From the NCBI GenBank assembly GCA_010909165.1, contig VJWM01000134.1, positions 558,001 to 622,000 of the forward strand: a DNA stretch of 64,000 nucleotides, in the 5' to 3' direction. The number at the start of each line of letters is the position of its first letter. Position 1 is the first letter of the stretch. The position numbers and the translations under genes are program-made. Positions 25,101 through 36,677 of the stretch are shown here, piece by piece. This stretch comes from Anthoceros angustus. Taxonomy: Eukaryota > Plantae > Anthocerotophyta. The notes under the pieces were generated by a model. It worked only from the letters and a program-made list of their open reading frames with translations. It was not told the DNA's origin and did not search any database.

Positions 25101-25718
25101 GACACTCCCTCCGATCGTGAGCTCAGAATTAAACCTCCTTGCTTCTGAAACCCGCTCCGATCGTGAGGCCTAGACAGACATTCCCTCTTGAAAGACCGTC
25201 CGTCTCGGAGCGAGCGCCGGGGCCTGAATTCAGGCCGAGCCTTCTACACATTTCTTGTACGTACACAGAGACGACCGCCCCGACCGATTAGGATGGGCTA
25301 TGTCATACCCAATCGGACGGACGAGATAAACCCTCAGCCCTCTCCCCACATGGCGTGGATGTCCCGCGACCGTGCGATGGGCCTCGTCTTGGAGGCTCTC
25401 TCCCGCCATGGGAAGGGAGTAGACTAGGTCAAGGCAAGCTCGCCGACCCGACGTTTTTTCAAGCCAATAAAAAACGAAAACTGGACTGAAAACACGGGCA
25501 GTTCAGGAGATGTTATGTCATGCCGTTCAGTTCCTTGATGAGGAGTTGCCGGGAGGCGGTCGAAATATCTCTCCGATATGGGATATTTCAGATGTAATGG
25601 GGCTGGGAACCTAATGGGATCGGGAGGTAACCCTATTAGGTGATGAGAAATGTGTGACCCTGTGACGACGCTGGACAAAGCTGCGGGACCTTGGCGGCTG
25701 GCTCGACAGTCTCTCCGC

Positions 25719-27348
25719 ATGGATGCCGTGTTGAAGCCGGCCGTGCTCTGCGTGCCGAGCGCGGAGCTATGGCGGAAATGCGTGAAGAGCTGCGCCGCGG
25801 TGTCGCACCATTCCGCGCAGGCGGCGAAGCAGGGCGCGAGGTGGCTGCCCGTTGAGAAAGGCAGCTGCGGGGTGAGGCGGGGAGGATTGCTGCTCGGGAG
25901 AGTGCAGAATTACTCCACGGCGGAGGCGGCGCTTGACACCGGGAATGCGGGTAGGTTTTGCAGCTGGCCGAGCTAGGTTTTGTTTGCGCTTGTGGATTTG
26001 CGTGCTTGCATTGCATGCTGGGATGCAGGCGCGGTATGAAGGGTTGCGTTTTCCAGATGTGGAGACTCCGAAGCTAGGGCAGGAGCCGGGTCAGGTGAAG
26101 CCTCCTGGTATGTGTGGTTTTATGTGGTTTCGTGATTGTGCGAGGGTGGGACAATGTGGTGAAGGGGTTAAGGGGTTCCTGGATTGCAGAGAGCAAGGCG
26201 GAGAGCCTGTGGAGGGTGTTTTTCAATGATCCGAGCCGGTGGTGGGACGACAGGAGTAAGAAGGTGCGTGGCTTGTGAAACCCTTGGCCGGGACTGGTGG
26301 GGGATTCGGTGGTTTGGGTGTCGTTTTGGTGTGCTGAGAGGAGGGAGGGGTTTTGTGTTGTGGTTTGCAGCGGTCACCGCAGGATCCGGATTTTCAGAAG
26401 AAGGGAACGAAGGAGCCGCTGTGGATTGACCATCCCTCCACTCCGGCTTGGGTGAAAGGGGAGCTGGAAGCTTGGCAACAGAAAAGGGATCAGGAAAGGA
26501 GACCGCCAAATCGTGGCTATGGTGCGGGCGGGCCTGGTGGACCGCCGGGGACTGGGAACGTCTTGGGAAGGAACTTAGTAGGTAATGGGAACATCTTGGG
26601 GAGGAACATGGGGGGGGTAGATAGAGAGAAACTTTTTGGGAAGAACTTTGCGGAGAGGAAAGCGGAGGGCTTCGAGAAGAGAGCGGACGGCTTCGAGAAG
26701 AAAGCGGAGGTCGTCGAGAAGAAAGCGGAGGACGATGAGGAGGAAGACGACGAGTGGATAGATGACGGGGATGACCTCATGGCCCGGTTGAGAAGGAAAG
26801 AGAAGCAGGCGGTGAAAGAGAAGACGGCGGATAAGGGTGGATCTGTGAATCATACTTTGGACCCCGACCATAAGTCGGATTTGGAAGAGGCGGTGGATGC
26901 CTTGGAAAATGAGGTGCAGGACCTTAGGAAACGGCAGAGAGAAAAGGAGAGGCAAGAGAAGATCGCGAGAGGAGAGATTGATCCAGACGATGAGAATGAG
27001 AAGGCAGCCAAGGCAGCGGCTCCAATAGCGAGGAACCGGGGGAAGGTTGATGGTTATATGAGGAGGTATCCTCGGCACAGCAGGCAAGCTATGTTGGACG
27101 ATGAAGGAGGGGACGGGGACTACAACCCAGCTGCCTACCACAGTGAGAAACTGGCTATTGCGTATGCGCTCATGAAATCGCCTGAGGGCCATACCATCCG
27201 TATTGTGAAGAACCTGAGGGTATGTATAGATTGCCATGAATTCACCAAGGCTGTTACCCTGGTTACCGGAAGGGAGATCATCGCCAGGGACAACACTCGT
27301 TTTCATCATTTCAAGGACGGGAAGTGCTCCTGCAACGACTATTGGTAG
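25719..27348 (+). CDS. PPR-less PDF-motif/DYW deaminase fusion protein, paralog 2; exons 25719-25950, 26057-26107, 26190-26263, 26371-27348
   Basis: Spliced [19 protein letters not shown]|[20 protein letters not shown]...PAWV. C-terminus HSEKLA...[10 protein letters not shown]...[16 protein letters not shown]. The intron within the PDF motif is at the same position as in paralog 1. Confidence 0.85.
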
Positions 27349-29534
27349 CCTGCCCAACCTGGCTCGGGATGGGTGCTTCCCACGCCTGAGAGGGCCCCTC
27401 GTACATGCAGAGTAGGGCGTTCCTGGTATGATCTTAGCTTTTTCTTTTTCTTTGGGGAGAAAGTCTCATCTATAGCTTGAGTCTCAGTTTCAACCTAAAT
27501 AGAGAGAGTAGCATCGAAGGGGAAGGAAATGTCAGGAGGAGCCTTGTAGTAAATCCCCTGCCCGCAAACCACTTCTATCTGTTGCTGTTCCTACTGTGAG
27601 ATGCGCTGAATGTACAGTTCACATTCTAAGGAACACGGGCGGGAAGCCACACGGCCGATCCAAGTCGCGTCCCCGTCAGCGGTGGACTTCAAAGTTACGA
27701 TAGCCAGCGGGCAAGACGATGCAATATAGCAAACTAGCCTGTCTCATGCGATGAACTCAAAACGAGGGAGCTCGGCTTGTCCTGCGCATCCGAGAACCTT
27801 GCCAGACCTCATGCCTTTACTCATCCTTATCAACCCCAATGAAAACTCCTCCAGACCTTGTGGCGTCAGACAAGGCACGAGACTACTGAGCATGTACAAT
27901 TTACCCTCGATCGATGTTACCGATCGGGAGTATCAACGAGGGTTACATCGAGCGAGGAATAACACTTATCCACAACTAAAAATCAAAAACTATAGATAAT
28001 GTTAGATGAAAATGTAAATTAGCTTTAAAGATTTATAATTAAGGGTTGTTTGAGCTCATTCCTACAGTAATTAAGAAGAAGAAGAATTTTATTGAAGTCT
28101 ACTAAGGACGGATCTACTTCTGGATACAGGTCATGTGGTTTTGAGGGTAGACTGTAGATAGTAGATAAACTCAAGAATTTTTCTCGTTCCTTTCGTAGCT
28201 GGAAGATTCCTATGCCCTCTTTTGCCCATCTTTTTCAACGCAATGGAAAGTTGCGAACCCCGCCAGACCTTGTGCCTTTACGCCTTCTAGATGTACCTTC
28301 TCGAAAGGCAAATGATCTACGAGTTAGAAAGCAAAAGGAGCAGTGCGCAATAAAGAGTGACGTAGAGACGAGTCTGCCTGCATAAACACAGCCAAGTCCA
28401 TCCGGACAAATGAGATACCGCACCCAGGCTGGCAGGTGCCGTTCATGCAGGTAGGCTGGAGTTCGGTTGGAAGCAGCTCCACACCCAATGGAAACAAGGC
28501 ACGCTTGAATCAGCAAGTGCACTGAACCTGAGCCCATGCGTGACGAACATTTCGTAGTGCGGGACTGCCACACACTTGAATTGATGTTGGTAGTAAGTAC
28601 CCAAGTTGCGACCCGTTTATTCACTTGTGCGACTACATATTAAAATGACTGACGTCAAGCTCGGCTACGATTTATGGTACATTGCGCAGGTTGCGGCACT
28701 GCACACCCCTACAATACAGTTATAGAATACAGACTCGAAGGCGGCTGCACTCCCTTCCTCCTTCCATGCTCCAACAGCGTCTCTGAAGTCCGCCCACAAA
28801 GCCCCTCCTGCCCCAGTTTTTCTACCCATTGCTGCCCTCTTTGCTAGATTTCGTCGATCCGAATTGGCTTCCTCGACGCTCCTGTCAATAGTCTGCATGT
28901 GAGCATCCACTTCGTCACATCTGCTTGTGTGTAGACTGTGCACATCAGGGGGAGGGAGATATTATGAGCCTTAGGGTACGGGACACGCCGACAGCAATTT
29001 GCCTCAGGCCAGGGATGGATCCGCTTCGGCATCAGCCCTGCATGCACCCGTGATCCTTGATGACATTCGTCTCAGGAAGTGCCTTGGCTGCCGCAGCTGC
29101 ACATTCTGCCTGAGGCGTTCCTGTCCCTTTGTCGCCTTGTTTGTGTAACCGGATCTGCGTCCGGCTTCGTGTGAGCGTGTCCAGGACAAAACATTTTGAC
29201 TCCATGTCTGTGGCACGACGTACGTGCGCGGTCTTCGCTCCTTCCTTGTAAGCATGGTCCGTTGCTTCCTGGCTGCCACCTTCATATATGCGGACTCCGC
29301 TTCCAAGCTCCCCTGCCTCCCATCTCTCCCTCTCACCGCCACCGTCACGCGGACTCCCCTTCCGGGGCAATGCCAGACCGTCACAGAGTAGCTATCTCGA
29401 GTCCGGGCAAAGCTCCACAAAGAAAGCCCCAGGCAGATGGGAAGAGAAACCAGTCGAGGTCGTGGTACATATGTCGGTTCTGGGTCCAGGCCCCTCGTCC
29501 CCGAGCTGAAGAACCCGACCTCTTCCGGCCTACG

Positions 29535-31094
29535 CTATCTGTAGTCAAGGTTAGCGAGCTCCTTCTTCAACTTCCTGCTGAAAGGCTGGCAAGCATCCAC
29601 ACTCAAATCCACCGCAGCAGCCAAGGCCATGAACACGGCAGCATCCTCCACAGACGAGGCGTGCTGCATCGCCAGCTGCACCACCGGCTTGCTCCTCTTC
29701 CTCTGTGCCTCCCCCTTCACGCTGCAACTCATGACGAAGCCCCCCGGCGCCTGGAGCCCCAGTGTGACGAAGGAGTAGTCCCCGCTGCTCTTGGGGCTCT
29801 CGTCCGGGGAGCGGGAGCTGCTGGGGGTGGGAGCCTCCGACCTCAACTTGGAGGTGTCGATGACGAACTCCCCCCCGTGCTGCTTGCTGAGAACCGTTCC
29901 GCGATGACGATCCCGTTGCTGAGCCCCGCCACGCCCCACCGTCCCCATGAGCTGGAACCTGCACCTCCCCTTCCCGTTCCGCTCCTCCAGGCCTCCAGCT
30001 GTCCCCACGGCCTCCAACTGTCCACCCCGGCATGTCTGGCCGCAGAATCACCCACGCTCCCGGGTTCGACTTGCTCACCCTGTCCGTCCCCGCCGACGGC
30101 ACGAAGGGCGTCACCATTGACGCTGCCGCCAGAGGAGCTCCCGACAGGTCGTGGATCATCACCAGCCACCCCTTCCTCTCCTTCCGCTCCTTCTCCTTAC
30201 CCCCGTTCAGGGCCGCTGCCCACCCGCTCGGCGTGGATGGATCGTTCTGCCCCAGCCTGGAAACCACAGCACCCCCATCCCTCAGCATAACAAGCGCACG
30301 AAACCCACAAAAACCCAGCAAAGCCAGAGCTGGAGACGAGCAAAGCAAGGGCAGCAAAGCAAACCAAAGCAAGTCCCAGAAAACCCACAAAATCAAGAGC
30401 TGCGGACAACAAAAGCAAAGGCAGCAAAGCAAATCAAAGCAAGGCGAAACAGGGCAGAGCAGAGCAAAGAGAAGGAAAGGAGGAAGAGACTGACCCGGAG
30501 CGGCTGAACTTGCAATTGAAGATGGGCTGCCTGGAGTTCCCCTCAGCCTGGACAATCTTGGGGTTGAGGGAGGCGGCGCCGTCGAACTGGAAGACGTAGC
30601 GGGGATCGGGCTCGACGCGGACGACGAGATGGAGCTCGGCGCCGGGGCGGCCGCCCTGGGCCTTGCCCTTGCCGATGGAGACCCAGCCGGAATGCAATTG
30701 CTGGGGCTTGCCGGCGGCCCAGTCGCGCTCGATGGGGACTCGGAACAGGCCTAGCTGCTTGCCTTGGCTGACGCCGCAGCAGGAGCCCTGGCGGCCCGTG
30801 AACACCACCACCTCCAGGAAGCGGGCGGCGGGCATGCATCGCCCACCAGACAGGAGTTTCTTCAGCGCGGGCTCGTCGAGATGGAAGCTGGCGGCCACAT
30901 TGTGGGCGTCGGGATCTTGGGCTCCGGGCCAGCAACGGCAAGGCGGCCGTCTGCGCGGGAAAATTCGGCAAGCGAACCTCGCAGTAGCAGGGGGAGGATG
31001 CCGAGTGCACTCCCGCGCCCGCAGCCCTGCTCGCCACCGGTATCCTCAGCCCTAGCCCGCCCACGCAGACGCGGATGAACGCCCGCGCCTCCAT
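29535..31094 (-). CDS. DUF1005 family protein, 2 exons, with apparent frameshifts near 30920 and 29985-30030
   Basis: FIRVCVGGLGLRIP, SPCYCEVRL, EPDPRYVFQFDG, RKGWLVMIHDLSGAPLAAASMVTPFVPS, SNPGAW, SWRPWGQLEAWR, EDAAVFMALAAAVDLSVDACQPF. Confidence 0.85.
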
Positions 31095-34000
31095 AGCCGC
31101 CGATTCCCGAGCTCCTCAACCTCACCTCCTCCGCCCGCGCACCATTCCTCCCTGCTCTTTGTTGGGTTGCTCACCAATGCCGCCCACACCGCAATGCCAC
31201 ACCCGGATCCCGACCCAACAAAACCTCCGTCTCTGCTAGGTTGCTCCCTTGCTTGCCTGATGAAGCCTCTCCCCTGCCGTTGCCCTCGCCCTTGCCGTGC
31301 TTGCCAGACAACGCTCCTCCGCTTCGACTGCTTGACTCCCAAGCTCTCCCTCCGGGCCAGCTATGAAGCTTGCAGAGGCAGGCCCCACGGCGATGCGCGA
31401 CAGCAGCCTCCAGCGGGACCGGGTCAGGCAGGGGAAAGTGGATGATGGAGAGGCCAAGACATGCTAGCTGTCTCCCAGCAGGACCTGCCCTGTCTGCTGG
31501 GACACACGAGAGCTTCCCGAGGAGGGCGGTACTGTACACAAACAGACAGCAGGCAGGCGGGCGGGCGGGCGTATTCTATACCATCGTACAGTACCGGACC
31601 CGTCTCTCCCTCCCGATCATCCAGCGCATAGGGGAGGACAGACGGACAGTCAGACTTCCACTCCAGCGTGAGCTGCCATGAATGCGGCAACCAGCTCGGA
31701 CACCTGAGGTGGGTTTTCATGGGTTTTGAGACGTCTCCGCTCCACCTCACCAGCCCGGCCAGCCAGCCACGCATCTGCAGTTGCAGTTGCCACAGCTATA
31801 CCCTCGCCTTCCATTCTCGGCGCCGCAACTCTCCCAGACGTCACCGCTCTACTGGGCTCCAGCTTCCAGATCGCATCCTCGGTGATCCAGCTTTGCGCAC
31901 GCAAATCCAGCTCCGCGACGGCGCGCGAGGAAGCGCCAGGTCTAGAAAGCCGCGGCGTGTGCCGCACCGGACGACACTTTCAGGGGAGCGCTAGGCCTGC
32001 CGCAGAAACCCCGCTTCCCGCTCCCGGAGACCATCTCACCGCCCGGGCAAGAGGTCCCGGTTCGGGACACGCAATCGCCCGCGATTCTTGCGCAGGTCTA
32101 GTCCGGGCGCGGGGCCACGTGACGGGCACGGACGTGGCTGGCGCCAGCCTGTATTGTGCAAACATACGTATGCACAGGACATCCGGCCGGGCCCGGGCGC
32201 CGGCGACATGGGATCAGGACCCGCCGGGGACCACCATGGATTTCCGGTTTCCGTTCCCATCCATGATGCATGGCCTGAATCAGATTCATGGATGGCGCAT
32301 GTGAGCATAGTACGGCCGAACCGCGGATAGCCTGGTCGAGTCGAGTGGTGCGGCGTTTCGAAACGGGAACGGATATCCCGCGCCGTTGCTGTTCCCGCGC
32401 TGGTGTCGAACGGGAGGCCCGGAATGGCAGCCCTCTGCCCGCTGCCCACTGCCCACTGCCCGTCCCATCCTTCCGTCCCAGTCGCGCCTTCCCTAACATA
32501 ACATAACAGGCGGCCAGCGGGTTCCACGTACGTATGCGTTATCCGTACTGTTTAAACAGGACTGTTCTGACACCAACGGACTCGGCGCTGGACAGTTCTG
32601 ACAGCGCGGGCATCTCGGTGGGGCGGGGCCCGGCTCTCTGGTTAGCCTAACCGCCGGGTAGGGGAACCGGGGCCTGGGCTGGCATGCACTGGCCGCACAT
32701 GCCCGGCAACGGCGCATGTTCCCGGTTGGTCGTTACGGGACCACCCGCTCCAGAACGAGCTTTCCTACTCGGAGCCTATTCATCTTCCACTGCCGTAGAG
32801 ACTAACAGCAGCAGTGACGGGCGCAGGGGCGACTGGCCGTCGCGACTGGCCGTCACCCCACCCGCCTCAACCGTGGCCAGTCGCAGGTCAGGGGGCGTGG
32901 CAGGCGCTTAAACTTGACGACGCGGACTGGTGACTGGTGCGGACTGCGACCAGGTGGGAGCAACTACAGAGCGCCAGGCTGCCGCCAGGGCAAGGAGGAG
33001 AGGTGGCTGGCTGTGTGGCTTCGAGTTCCGACCTCGCGTTGGGAAGAGAGCTTGAATATCCCTGCAGCGCACGCTTTCAGAAGACGAATGCCAACCTCAG
33101 ATCCAAAACACGCTCATCTGGAACTGAACCCGGTGACCTATTGGAAGCCAGGCCAGAACCTTCTCCTTCGTGTTCGCGTGGATTGAAATAAAATTCTTCT
33201 CCTTCCACAGACATCTGTATACGCCAACACATCTACACGAACGCATGTATGGACTACGTGCTTTGATATGCACACATGTTAAAAGAGGAACACTACTACT
33301 TACATAGTTAGATAGTTTTTGATAAAATTGATGGGTATTATGTTTCATGGACTTTGGAGGACCCCAAAGACCTTACAAGAGCGGTCCTTTCTTGCGGGCG
33401 AGATAACATAGAACATATAACACGTGGACTAAAACACGCAAATAGAAAGGACTTCAAAACCTTACAACAACTGCCCCTTTTCTTTGCAGGTGAGATAACA
33501 GAGAACAAATATCAGGCGGCCCCGAAGATAGAAGAGGCAGGCCACCAAAGGACCAGGAGTAATTAGGCGTGGGTAGCACCCCATCCCAATAGTGATCTAA
33601 CCGAAAGTACATAGTTACACAGGTACATAGTTGATAACATTTAATATCAAATTCGGATTCAAAAAAACTTAAAATCAATATATTTACTGAGTGAAAAAAC
33701 TATGTTAAATTAGTGTACTTAAAGTGGTTTTCATGCCACCATTGAAATCCATAATATTATGCAAAGAACCACTATGAAGGCCTTTCTCAAATTAATGCCT
33801 TATATAAGGAGTGTTGTATTCAATTTGTCACAAAGTTAGTGTCACACTTAGCATTTGACAAGATTAGTATTGAATTTAGGGAAGTTAGGTTGAACTCAGC
33901 TTGTCACAAAGTTAGCGATGAACCCAGCGAAGTGTCAAAATTTTATTTGACATTCGTCGTCAATTGTTTTTGGCCTTACGTCTTTTGCATTCATTTGGCC

Positions 34001-34488
34001 TTGTTTGTTTTTGCCTTATTCGTCTTTTGTCAAAACTTGTTCTCCGCGTTTTTCGTCTTTCTCCAAAAATTTTGTCATCATTCGTTTTTTTGTCAAAAAG
34101 AAAACGACCCAATCTTTTGACATCATGACTATTACACCAGCCAGGAATCGACCCGCATCCATATTATGGTAGGGTGCCATTCAACAAACAAGCAAGAAAA
34201 TTTATTTGAAGTCCACTAAGGATGGACATGCCACCATGGGACTCGGTACTCCGAGCAACTTGCTCCATGGAGTAAACTAGGCTATGATTGTAAAGAATGA
34301 ATTTACATCATTTTACAGAATTTTATCATCTAACCTTTATATACTTGTGTTATTTATCTTTGTTTTTATAGAATTATGCAAAAAAGAACTCCAACAAGGT
34401 ATTTGGGGTATCAACAAAAATTTGAATAGAATTCTTGTAAGAGGGTAAAAAATATATGATAGAATTGTGCAAATATCAAGGATGATAT

Positions 34489-34493
<5 letters not shown>

Positions 34494-34522
<29 letters not shown>
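34494..34522. repeat. (TA)n microsatellite
   Basis: Directly visible. Confidence 0.95.
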
Positions 34523-34525
<3 letters not shown>

Positions 34526-35282
34526 TCCAATTAAGTAGAGATTTTGTGAAACAAGTCCAGTATTTATTTTCACTTAATTTAAAGGCTCCCAAAGGGGCCT
34601 AAACAATAGCGAAGGCACACAATGCCTCTCGTATCAAAGGGCTCATATGCACAATACAACAAAGATCTTATATAAGGGGCCATTAAAGAGCATAATTTAT
34701 GGTTCAACGTAGACCTTATGTCAAGGGCCACTACATATCCTAGTATGAGATTTATATCTGAGGCTTATTAAGAATCGATTGAAACCACTTATATTAGAAA
34801 CGTATTACAAACCGTTAGTCCAACAGTTAGGCTACAAGGGACTAAGAATAGTTAAGGACCATACACAAGGAAGAAACATATAGGACACCACGTGCTTAGA
34901 GGAGTTGGGCTAAGCACCCCATTCCAATGATCCCAGTAGGGGCTGAGACCAATTGGGAGATGCTTATCCTAATTATCATCCAACCTTATCTTAATACCTT
35001 ATCCTAATTATCATCCAACCTAGAGAATTCTTAGCTGGAAAGTTCCTATAAACTCATGGTCATGTGTCCTCCTAAAGTAGAAGGACATGCAATGAAATAG
35101 ATAGTCAAAACAAACAACATTGATGGAATTTTTTTTATTGTAATGACAAGATTTTATGTGGAAGAGCTACTAAGTCATGGCCAAAATTGAGGCATTTTGA
35201 AACTTAGTTACTACTTTCATGGATGTCATGTGAACAATATTCTTGGATTGAACCACTAAATTTTATTTGAATCTATTCGTAA

Positions 35283-35810
35283 CTATACAGGAAAATCGTG
35301 AGGTAAATCAATATTCATTGGTGGATCTGGTATATAAGGACATTCATTTTCAAAAGACCTTGAGATAGTATATTTTAAAAAACAGTCATGTACAAGAATT
35401 TGTCCCTCATCTGGTATGCCTCTACATTCTTGGAACAACATATTTGCAACAAGATGAAGACATGCTCGACATAGGTCCCAATTGTACATAGTATCCTCAT
35501 TTATATAACATGTGACTACCCCCCATAATGTAGGAGCATTATAAATCGCAGGTGTTCGCACTTGCATATATTGTGGAAGAGTTCCAACTTCTTGTTTGAA
35601 GCGTTTTCCTTGGCCATTGATACTTTTTGGAGGCAGTGATGAAATTATTTGTGCAATTCCAGTGACAATAAAATTGCCTAGTGGGAGGTCACGTATCAAG
35701 TAGCTTCCACAACTATGATCAATGAGTGTATTGTTTGGATATCCATTTACCAGCTCTTGAAGACAGAAACATATTGCTACTACCAGCTTACATCTCCACT
35801 GTCTACTCAT
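35283..35810 (-). CDS. Small secreted cysteine-rich protein with a single Gnk2/DUF26-like domain
   Basis: Hydrophobic N-terminus. WGVVTC...CRACL...LFQEC...GQI...CFLKY matches the DUF26 layout (YGxxxC...CxxCL...C...G...CxLRY). Confidence 0.7.
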   Translation of the reverse strand: MSRQWRCKLVVAICFCLQELVNGYPNNTLIDHSCGSYLIRDLPLGNFIVTGIAQIISSLPPKSINGQGKRFKQEVGTLPQYMQVRTPAIYNAPTLWGVVTCYINEDTMYNWDLCRACLHLVANMLFQECRGIPDEGQILVHDCFLKYTISRSFENECPYIPDPPMNIDLPHDFPV

Positions 35811-36677
35811 TATCTTTGATACTGCTAAATATCTAAGTTTTTGTGTTGTGGAAGTAAAATAATTTTAAGTAACACAAAAATCATGATTATCTAGCAATTA
35901 AGAAATGAACATGAGAAAAGCAATAATAAGAAACCCTATAAATTTATATCAATAATAATATAATTCTTTTATATTATTAAAATTAATGTTACACTAGTAA
36001 GAAGTTTGCATTGCATAATGAGATGAGATGAGTGTCATAACCACTGAAAAATCAATATAGGTAAACTAAAACAGAAAATATCAAAAGGCTTATAAATATA
36101 AATATAAATACTAAGTGATATTAAAATATTAGTAACTAAATAATAATATTCTAAAATATAGCTTTGAATCTTTTTTTAAAACTTTATTTTAGTTGACAAA
36201 CTTATTCTAATATGACAATGATTTCACACACAAGTGAATATTCGTATTCACGTCAATTTCAATAATTATATGTAGCCATCTCACTTGATAGTCAAAGGGA
36301 ACGCAAGGCCAGCTTGCTTATACTGAAAGCCAGTGGGTCAACTGTAGCACCATACGATATTAACCTAAAAAAAACTTTGCCCTCAAGTGTCCTCCGATTG
36401 TCAAGTGAAAACGACAGATGTAGGCCCATCCTGAATGGCAGCCTTCGCTGGGCAGCAGATAGCATTGGGAATTTGGGACCAGATCGAGTTTAGCGAAACA
36501 AGAGTTCACAAGTCGTGCAACTTGATAGCCTCCTGCCACGAAACTCTGCAGATTCATGCCATCAACTGAGCTGGCTAACATGATATCTACAAGCTAAGTA
36601 ATGCTAAGTGACCGCGAGTAATAGCAGCATTGGGACAGCCTGACGGAATTTCATGCTCCCCGATATGCAGAGAAGAT

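Noticed and set aside
28235-29420. Short minus-strand ORFs downstream of DUF1005
   Set aside because: No family similarity that I can recognise. They may be UTR or non-coding.
29985-30930. Frameshifts in DUF1005 as pseudogenisation or programmed frameshifting
   Set aside because: They are single-base losses in or near G/C runs in an otherwise conserved gene. The same pattern occurs in RECQ2, so consensus error is more likely.
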